Assembly: GCA_009886115.1 (NCBI GenBank)
Contig: VFJJ01000040.1
Coordinates: 1 to 34,256 of the forward strand
DNA: 34,256 bases
DNA from: Actinomycetota bacterium
Lineage (GTDB): Bacteria; Actinomycetota; Acidimicrobiia; IMCC26256; VFJJ01
Direction of reading: 5' to 3'
Made by a program: the position numbers and the translations under genes. The notes below the pieces were generated by a model. The model saw only the letters and a list, made by a program, of their open reading frames with translations, was not told where the DNA came from and made no database searches. Of the stretch, positions 27,456 to 34,256 are shown in pieces (position 1 is the first letter of the stretch; each line of letters begins with the position of its first letter).

Positions 27456-30023
27456 TCAGAGCACGGCGAGCAACGCAGCCTTCAAGCGCTCGGACTCTTC
27501 GGCGTCGAGAGGTTCGCCGAGGTCGGTGAGGAGGTAGAACGTGTCGACGACCCGCTCGCCGATGGTGGCCACCTTCGCCAGTCGCACGTTGAGCCCCAGG
27601 GTGAACAGCGTCCGGCAGATCCGGTAGAGCAAGCCGATCTCGTCGTCGGCGTGCACCTCCACGACGGTCGCGAAGTCCGACGCCCCGGGGTCGAAGACAA
27701 CCTCGGCCGCCTGGGGCGCCGAGCCTCGACGGCGTCGGGCCGCGTACGTCGCGGCCCGGCTCTTGACGCGCTCGTCGAGGTCGAGCCCCCCCGACAGGCC
27801 GGCGACAACGTCACGATCGACCACCTCTCGGCCAGCGGCGTCCCCGACGCGGCCGAACGGATCGGCGATCCGGTACGCCTCCAGCGCCATCCCGTCGACT
27901 CTCGTGTACGCCGCGGCGTCGTGCACGTCGAGGCCGTGCAGGGCCAGGACCCCCGTGACAGCGGCCAGGATCCCCGGACGGTCGGGGGCCACCACGGTGA
28001 CATCGAGGTACCCGTCGGCGGCGCCGGGGGCCCAGTCGACGGCAGTCTCCCTCGCATCGAGCAGGCGCCGGTGACGGGCCATGGCCTCGGCGTCGAAGGC
28101 GAGCGGGTACGACGCTGGAAGGGCGTCGAGGTAGCGATCGGCGTCGTCGGCGCCCAGCAACGCTCGCAGGCCGACGCGCCGTTCGACGGCCAGCCGGTCG
28201 ACCACGGCGCCCTGCTCCAGGAGGTGGCGTGCCTTCACGTACAGCTCGCGCACCAGCGCGGCCTTCACGGAGCCCCAGGCCGACGAGCCGGTGGCGATCG
28301 AGTCGCCGACGGTCAGCAGGTACAGCAGCGACAAGGTCTCGACGTCACCGGCCAGCCGTGCGACGCGCACCACCGTGGCCTCCTCCGACAGATCACGTCG
28401 GGTCGCCGTGTCGGGCATGAGGAGGTGGTGCTCGACGAGCACCTCGACCAGTTCCCCCTCGTCGGCCGGGAAACCCAATGACGCCATGGCTTCCCCGGCG
28501 ATGTCGGCGCCCACGTGCGAGTGGTCGCCGGGCAGGCCCTTGCCGATGTCGTGGAAGAGCGCTCCTAGCACGAGCAGGTGCGGGCGGGTCAGCTCGCCGG
28601 CGACCCGGCCGTCGAAACCCTCGTCGTGGAACAGCGCGGCGCAGCGGGCGACGGCTTCGAGCAGGTGACGGTCGACGGTGTAGCGGTGGTAGGCGTTGCG
28701 TTGGGGCAGCGACCGGACGCGCCCCCACCCGGGCATGATCGCCGCGAAGGCGCCGACGCGATCGATGGCCTCGATAACGGGAACGGCGCGCTCACCGGCG
28801 AGGAGCAGTCGCACCAAGGCATCGCGGGCCTCGTCGTTCCAATCAGCCGGCCCGTGACGCAGTCCGGCGAGGCGCAGCACCGATGCCCGCTCGAGCGGCA
28901 CACCGTGCTCGGCAGCCTCCGCAGCCAAGCGGAGCGCAGCCAGACCGTCGGGTCGCGGTCCGCTCTCGGTGAGCGACAACGCGGCCCGTCCATCGCGCAG
29001 CACGATCCCGTGGGCGAGCCGCCGCTCTCCGGGGGTGCCGAGGTAGCCGGGGCCGCGCACGGCCGATCGCAGCCGCTCCCAGGCGTCGTCGGCAATCCAG
29101 GCCACACCGCGCGCTGCAGCCGCGAGGTCGCGCACGAGCACGTCGGCATCGGGCGCGCCTGCTGCTGCGGCCACGGCGTCCTGGTCCTGGAGCAGGATCT
29201 CGTCGCCCTTGCGCCCGGTCACCCGGTGGTGAGCGACACGCACCTGGAGCAACAGCTCGCTCGCCCGATCGAGCCGCTCGGGGTCGGCCCCGTCGATGTA
29301 GCCGTCTCGGACGAGCGCCGCCAGGCCCACCTCTGAGCCGTCGAGCGTCGATCCGGCCCAGGCCAACGCCTGCATGTCTCGCAGACCGCCAGCACCGTCC
29401 TTGAGGTTCGGCTCGAGGAGCTCGGCGATCGGCCCCGGGACGCGCTGGCGAAGGTCGTGGGCCTCGGCGAGCTCGCCGATCACCCGGGCGCGGCGTTTCA
29501 CGGCCAGCGCCCTGACCTTGACGGCCATCTCGTTCGCGAGGTCGGCATCGCCCGAGACGAGCCTGACCCCCAGCATCGACGTGAGCGCCTTCAGGTCTTC
29601 GTCGGCGACGGTCACGGCTTCCTTCACGGTCCGCGCCGCGTGCCCGGTGACGAAACCCGCGTCCCACAAGGGATACCAGAGCGCGTCGGCCAGCGCGGCC
29701 ACCCCACGGCCGCCGTCGTGCACGAGGAGCACGTCGAGGTCGGACCCCGGGCACAGCTCGGCGCGGGAGTACGACCCGAGCGCCACGAGCGCGACTCGAC
29801 CCCGGAAACCCGCCGATCCGCAGGCCTCGGCGAACCGCTCGGCGAGGGCCCGATCGACCAGCGCCGCCATGGCCTGGCCGAAGGCCCGGCCCCCGAGCGC
29901 CCCGTCGGCGACCAGCGCGAGGCGCCCCCGTCGCAGCGCATCGGGCTCCAGCGGGCCCGCCCGGCCGGGACCGCCCGGGCCGCTGTCGGGACTCCCCGAC
30001 CCGCCGCGGCGCCCGAGGCTCAT
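27456..30023 (-). CDS. glnD: [Protein-PII] uridylyl/adenylyltransferase
   Basis: ALGSYSRAELCPGSDLD, EPNLKDGAGGLRD, HRYTVDRH, HDIGKG, two C-terminal ACT domains. Lies downstream of glnK. Confidence 0.95.
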   Translation of the reverse strand: MSLGRRGGSGSPDSGPGGPGRAGPLEPDALRRGRLALVADGALGGRAFGQAMAALVDRALAERFAEACGSAGFRGRVALVALGSYSRAELCPGSDLDVLLVHDGGRGVAALADALWYPLWDAGFVTGHAARTVKEAVTVADEDLKALTSMLGVRLVSGDADLANEMAVKVRALAVKRRARVIGELAEAHDLRQRVPGPIAELLEPNLKDGAGGLRDMQALAWAGSTLDGSEVGLAALVRDGYIDGADPERLDRASELLLQVRVAHHRVTGRKGDEILLQDQDAVAAAAGAPDADVLVRDLAAAARGVAWIADDAWERLRSAVRGPGYLGTPGERRLAHGIVLRDGRAALSLTESGPRPDGLAALRLAAEAAEHGVPLERASVLRLAGLRHGPADWNDEARDALVRLLLAGERAVPVIEAIDRVGAFAAIMPGWGRVRSLPQRNAYHRYTVDRHLLEAVARCAALFHDEGFDGRVAGELTRPHLLVLGALFHDIGKGLPGDHSHVGADIAGEAMASLGFPADEGELVEVLVEHHLLMPDTATRRDLSEEATVVRVARLAGDVETLSLLYLLTVGDSIATGSSAWGSVKAALVRELYVKARHLLEQGAVVDRLAVERRVGLRALLGADDADRYLDALPASYPLAFDAEAMARHRRLLDARETAVDWAPGAADGYLDVTVVAPDRPGILAAVTGVLALHGLDVHDAAAYTRVDGMALEAYRIADPFGRVGDAAGREVVDRDVVAGLSGGLDLDERVKSRAATYAARRRRGSAPQAAEVVFDPGASDFATVVEVHADDEIGLLYRICRTLFTLGLNVRLAKVATIGERVVDTFYLLTDLGEPLDAEESERLKAALLAVL

Positions 30024-30032
30024 GGCGTGCCG

Positions 30033-30392
<360 letters not shown>

Positions 30393-31670
30393 CTAGAAGT
30401 TCCCGTGCATGCTGCCAGCGTCGCTCAACGAGTAGCCGACCTCGGAGTGTTGCGAGAGGTCGAGACCGGTGAACTCGTCCTCTTCGGAGATCCGGATGCC
30501 GCCCGGCATCAGCTTCTTCATGGCCATCAGGATGATCCAGGTGACCACGAACGAGAACACCGCCACGACCACGACCGCCAGCACCTGCTCGCCGAGAAGA
30601 CCGGCGCCGCCACCGAAGAACAGCCCGTCCTTGCCCGCACCGAGGACGGTCTGGTCGGCGAAGAGCCCGAGCAGGATCGATCCGAGGATGCCGCCGACGA
30701 GGTGCACGCCCACCACGTCGAGCGAGTCGTCGTAGCCGAAGCGGTGCTTGAGCGACACGGCCAAGAAGCACAGCACACCGGCGAGCACGCCGATGATCAT
30801 CGGGGCGAGTCCGCCGACGAAGCCGGCGCACGGGGTGATGGCCACGAGACCGGCGACGGCGCCCGACGCCGCGCCCAGGGTGGTGGCGTGGCCGGTCTTG
30901 ATGCGCTCGGCGACGAGCCAGCCGATCATCCCGGCCGCCGCGGCCATGTGGGTGTTGACGAACGCCTGGGCGGCCAGGCCGTTCGCCGCCAGAGCGGAGC
31001 CGGCGTTGAAGCCGAACCAGCCGAACCACAGGATGCCCGTCCCCACCATGGTCATCGTGAGGTTGTGCGGCGGCATGGCGTCGCGGGGCCAGCCCTTGCG
31101 CTTGCCCAGCACGATGACGGCCGCCAGGGCGGCGGCGCCGGCGTTGACGTGGACGACGGTGCCACCGGCGAAGTCGAGCGCCCCCCGCTCGAACAACCAA
31201 CCCGCCGGCGCGAAGACCCAGTGGGCGACGGGCGCGTACACGAGGATCAGCCAGAGGCCGCTGAACACGGCCCAGGCGGCGAAGCGCATCCGGTCGGCGA
31301 TGGCGCCGGTGATGAGTGCCGGCGTGATGATGGCGAACATCATCTGGTAGGCCATGAACACCAGCGGCGGGATGGTGAGCGTCTCGAAGCCCGGGGGCGC
31401 CGTGGTGAGCAGATCCTTCATGCCGGCGAAGTCGAGGTTGCCGATGAAGCCGCCGGTGCCGCCGAAGACCAGCGAGAACACGAACAGGCCCCAGAGGATG
31501 CTCACCAGGCCCATGCAGAAGACGTTCTGCATGATCATGGCCAGCACGTTCTTGGCCCGCACCATGCCGCCGTAGAACAGCGCCAGGCCCGGTGTCATGA
31601 ACAGCACCAGGGCCGTGGCGACGATCACCCAGGCGGTGTCGCCACTGTTGATCTCAGCTGCGAGCATCAT
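30393..31670 (-). CDS. amtB: Ammonium transporter
   Basis: MTPGLALFYGG, DFAGGTVVH, LWFGWFGFNAGS, GLVAITP, DDSLDVVGVH. Confidence 0.96.
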   Translation of the reverse strand: MMLAAEINSGDTAWVIVATALVLFMTPGLALFYGGMVRAKNVLAMIMQNVFCMGLVSILWGLFVFSLVFGGTGGFIGNLDFAGMKDLLTTAPPGFETLTIPPLVFMAYQMMFAIITPALITGAIADRMRFAAWAVFSGLWLILVYAPVAHWVFAPAGWLFERGALDFAGGTVVHVNAGAAALAAVIVLGKRKGWPRDAMPPHNLTMTMVGTGILWFGWFGFNAGSALAANGLAAQAFVNTHMAAAAGMIGWLVAERIKTGHATTLGAASGAVAGLVAITPCAGFVGGLAPMIIGVLAGVLCFLAVSLKHRFGYDDSLDVVGVHLVGGILGSILLGLFADQTVLGAGKDGLFFGGGAGLLGEQVLAVVVVAVFSFVVTWIILMAMKKLMPGGIRISEEDEFTGLDLSQHSEVGYSLSDAGSMHGNF

Positions 31671-31734
31671 GCATTCCCCCGTCAGGTTTCAGGTTGCTGT
31701 CAGCGAGGTGACGGCTGCATGCTCCGGCCACGAT

Positions 31735-31772
31735 GTTGCCCGAGCAGGTCCCGATTATTACGTGCGTGTGAA
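31735..31772 (-). promoter_or_regulatory. Putative GlnR box upstream of amtB
   Basis: Minus strand TTCAC-n6-GTAAT-n6-GACCT-n6-GCAAC resembles the gTnAc-n6-GaAAc repeat. The third pentamer is a poor match. Confidence 0.5.
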
Positions 31773-31853
31773 CGGCGAGCCGGCGGGCGGGCCTCGGGGG
31801 GCCTCAGGGCCGGGTCACCACCCCGCCTCCGGGGCCGGGTCGCCACCCCATCC

Positions 31854-31902
31854 AGCACCTGTCGCTCAACCGCACCCCTCCCCCTTCAGCGACAGGTGCT
31901 CG
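31854..31902. repeat. REP-like palindrome family A, copy 2
   Basis: Reverse complement CGAGCACCTGTCGCTGAAGGGGGAGGGGTGCGGTTGAGCGACAGGTGCT aligns gap-free with copy 1. Confidence 0.85.
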
Positions 31903-31935
31903 CTGGTGGCTCAGCGTCCGGTGGCCGCTCGTGGC

Positions 31936-32490
31936 TCAGCGCTCGTGGCGGGCCTTCATGACGGTCGCCTTGGCCACACCCCACACGAGGTGCAATGGGG
32001 CGAGGTCGTCGTCGCCGAGCTCGGCGAAGGTCGCGAAACCCAGCCCGTACACGTCGTCGGGCCAGGAGCGCTCGTCGTGCTCGTCGCGCACGACCTCGGG
32101 CATCCCGAGCTCACGCAACAGCGCGGTGGGCTCGCGCACCGACGTGCGCACGATCTGTAACGGCGTCGCCCGCTGCTCGTCGGGATCGAGCGTCAGGAAG
32201 TCGCGCAGCGCGGCCACCACCCGGGCCGTCGCCACGGCCGCCGCCGCCCGGGCAGAAGCCGTGATCTCAGCGCGACGGTCGGGGTCGGTGACGCCACCCC
32301 AGGCGTCGAGCAGCCGCTCGACCCGTCGGCTGAGATGGGCGGGGAGCGCCCGCTCGACGCCGGCGACGATCAGCGCGCCGACCTGGGCGAGCTGCTCGAG
32401 ACCGCGAGCCTCCGCCACCACTCGGTCGGCTCCGAGCTCGGGGCCGCCCCGAGGTACGCCAGGGGGAAGCGACGGCGTGGGGACCGTCAC
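31936..32490 (-). CDS. Hypothetical alpha-helical protein
   Basis: 184-aa GC3-rich ORF (DPDEQRATPLQIVR, RDEHDERSWPDDVYGL, HLVWGVAKA). GTGA overlap with the NIL gene stop. Confidence 0.78.
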   Translation of the reverse strand: MTVPTPSLPPGVPRGGPELGADRVVAEARGLEQLAQVGALIVAGVERALPAHLSRRVERLLDAWGGVTDPDRRAEITASARAAAAVATARVVAALRDFLTLDPDEQRATPLQIVRTSVREPTALLRELGMPEVVRDEHDERSWPDDVYGLGFATFAELGDDDLAPLHLVWGVAKATVMKARHER

Positions 32491-32732
32491 GGGGCGATGA
32501 CGTCGCCGTCCATGCGGTTCACCCTCACCCCACGCGAGCGGTAGTACTCGATCGCCGCCTCGACGGCATCGGGATCGCCCAGCAGCTCCATGATCACCCA
32601 GCCGCTGTGCTCCTCCACGTTGGCCCGGCGGACGTTGGGCATCACGTCGAAGCGCTTCACGACCTCGTAGGTGATGGGTTGGCCCACGATCTCCTCGGGG
32701 AACGACAGGAACAGGCGCTCGTGCACGGTCAC
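32487..32732 (-). CDS. Stand-alone NIL domain protein (ACT-like)
   Basis: 81 aa: RLFLSFPEEIVGQPITYEVVKRFDVMPNVRRANV...GWVIMELLG...AIEYYRSRGVRV. GTGA overlap with the chdC stop. Confidence 0.82.
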   Translation of the reverse strand: MTVHERLFLSFPEEIVGQPITYEVVKRFDVMPNVRRANVEEHSGWVIMELLGDPDAVEAAIEYYRSRGVRVNRMDGDVIAP

Positions 32733-33508
32733 CGCAACCCGACCGATGCCAAGACGGCGGCCGGTTGGCCGAGGAGGCCGAACCAGAACGGCCCGAACAC
32801 GGCGTACTCGGCCGACGCGGCGTCGAAGCGCATCTCGTAGACGATGTCCTTGATGTCGACGGCGTCGTCGGCGAGCAGGGTCACCCCCCACTCCCAGTCG
32901 TCGAGGCCCGTCGAGCCCGTGATGAGCTGCTGCACCCGTCCGGCGTAGGCCCGACCGGTCTTGCCGTGACCGGCCATGAGCCGCTTGCGGTCGTCGAACG
33001 AGAGCGCGAACCAGTTCGCGCCCACGTCGCGCTTCTTGGCCATGGGGTAGAAGCAGATCGTGCGCTTGCGGGGCAAATTCGGGTACAGACGATCGTGGCG
33101 GTACTTGGCCATCCGCTCGCTGAAGGCGACGATCGCCGTGTCGGCGGCCTCGCCGGTGATGCCTTCACGTTCGAGGCGGCGGCGCTCGTCGTCGTCGTTC
33201 ATCGTGTACTCGGAGAGCTCGGTGAGCGACACGAACGAGTCGAGCGGCTCCAGCGCCGTGGCCCGCAGCTCGGCCTGGAAGGCCTGCAGCCGGGCCAGGT
33301 CGGGGCCAAGCACCATGATGCCGAGGTCGGCCTTGTGCCCGAGCACGCTGAACACGAGCGCCTGGCTCCCGTCGGCCTGCGCTTCGAATGATTCCACCGC
33401 GGCGACGACCTGCTTCTCCGTGGCGGCGCTGTCGCTGCGGGCGGCGGCACCCACCCGGTAGAACAGGTGCAGCACCCCCCAGCCGATCTTCGGTTCCAAG
33501 GGCTCCAT
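32729..33508 (-). CDS. chdC: Coproheme decarboxylase / chlorite dismutase family protein (HemQ/ChdC)
   Basis: GHKADLG, SLTELSEY, RLYP, CFYPMAKKR, NWFAL, LMAGHG, GLDDWEWGVTL, VYEMRFD. Confidence 0.85.
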   Translation of the reverse strand: MEPLEPKIGWGVLHLFYRVGAAARSDSAATEKQVVAAVESFEAQADGSQALVFSVLGHKADLGIMVLGPDLARLQAFQAELRATALEPLDSFVSLTELSEYTMNDDDERRRLEREGITGEAADTAIVAFSERMAKYRHDRLYPNLPRKRTICFYPMAKKRDVGANWFALSFDDRKRLMAGHGKTGRAYAGRVQQLITGSTGLDDWEWGVTLLADDAVDIKDIVYEMRFDAASAEYAVFGPFWFGLLGQPAAVLASVGLR

Positions 33509-33554
33509 GGTGCGCGAGGCTACGCGCTCGGGGCCGGCCTCGCCGCGCTGCCCA

Positions 33555-33600
33555 AGCTGGCAGCGCTACGGCCCGCATGTGGTCCACAGCGCTGCCAGCT
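33555..33600. repeat. REP-like palindrome family B, diverged copy 3
   Basis: AGCTGGCAGCG-N24-CGCTGCCAGCT has the same 11+24+11 geometry as AACTGTCAGCG-N24-CGCTGACAGTT. Confidence 0.7.
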
Positions 33601-33642
33601 CCCGACTGGTCGGGATGGCCCTGCGCTCACCGTTTCGCCATC

Positions 33643-34110
33643 TCACCAGTACCCGTCCATGAGCTCGGTGGCCCAGGGCGGCTCGGTCACCTCGCCCCAG
33701 GGCGCGAAGCCGCCGAGGTACGGCTTCACGTCGAGGACGGGCGACCCGTCGACGGCATCGAGACCCTCCACCGCGATCGTGTGACCGGACGCGCTGACGA
33801 CGCGGCACACGGTGAGGCCGATCCGGTTGGGCCGGTCCTTGGCCCGCTGGGCCAGGATCCCCACGAGCGGCCAGTCGGTACGCCCCCGCGGATGGCGAGC
33901 GCCCCGGCACACCCCGTCGGGATCGACCCGGTCGAACACGAACACCACCTCGATGTGCGAGAAGGAGTCGAGCCCGAGCGTGGCCTCCGCGTCGACGACC
34001 GACGGGTCGAGCTCGATCGTCGCCCGCACCGCCCCCCACTCGTCGTCCTCCACCACCCCCCGTCCACCCCGCACGTACCCGATGGGCTCCATCGCGAATG
34101 CGGTCATCAC
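33643..34110 (-). CDS. TrmO/TsaA (YaeB, UPF0066) family SAM-binding protein
   Basis: EPIGYV, GLDSFSHIEVVFVFD, GILAQRAKDRPNRIGLTV, GLDAVDGSPVLDVKPY. Confidence 0.9.
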   Translation of the reverse strand: MMTAFAMEPIGYVRGGRGVVEDDEWGAVRATIELDPSVVDAEATLGLDSFSHIEVVFVFDRVDPDGVCRGARHPRGRTDWPLVGILAQRAKDRPNRIGLTVCRVVSASGHTIAVEGLDAVDGSPVLDVKPYLGGFAPWGEVTEPPWATELMDGYW

Positions 34111-34256
34111 GTTCCTCCGTCTGGTGGCGGGCCTGGCAACCGGATGCCGGCCAGCTTCTCAGGGTTGAGCACCGATCGGAAGGCGACGATCCCCTCGTCG
34201 ACCATCTCGAGCGACCAGACCAGGTCGACGATGCCCGCTCGATGGCACACCATCCC
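34107..34256 (-). CDS. 3' end of ECF41/SigJ-type sigma factor (SnoaL-like C-terminal extension), truncated by window edge
   Basis: Frame not in the ORF track: GMVCHRAGIVDLVWSLEMVDEGIVAFRSVLNPEKLAGIRLPGPPPDGGT*. NPEKL matches the ECF41 NPDKL motif. Confidence 0.7.
   Translation of the reverse strand, partial: GMVCHRAGIVDLVWSLEMVDEGIVAFRSVLNPEKLAGIRLPGPPPDGGT

Overview
High-GC (roughly 70% by eye) bacterial chromosomal segment with actinobacterial hallmarks: a PAC2-family gene, an amtB-glnK-glnD operon and many leaderless-type TANNNT promoters. An Acidimicrobiia-like origin is my inference. A housekeeping backbone on the minus strand (purN-purH ... folD, icd, J-domain gene, mdh, fumC; amtB-glnK-glnD; chdC/hemQ) is interleaved with accessory genes. 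These include an RHH/MazF toxin-antitoxin pair, a membrane Ser/Thr kinase with NHL repeats next to a decapitated ABC solute-binding protein, a PtpB-like phosphatase, a molybdopterin oxidoreductase, hydrolases and a WS/DGAT-like protein. Structure not explained by the ORF track: (i) three families of 46-53 bp REP-like palindromes (7 copies) plus one singleton, sitting at gene-block boundaries, one family with its core flipped relative to its arms; (ii) several pseudogenes made by internal deletion that keep both gene ends; (iii) several in-frame tandem micro-duplications; (iv) a coupled chdC-NIL-hypothetical operon with a Firmicutes-type ChdC; (v) an ECF41 sigma factor 3' end coupled to a TrmO-like gene. 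No rRNA, tRNA, CRISPR array, integrase or transposase was recognised.
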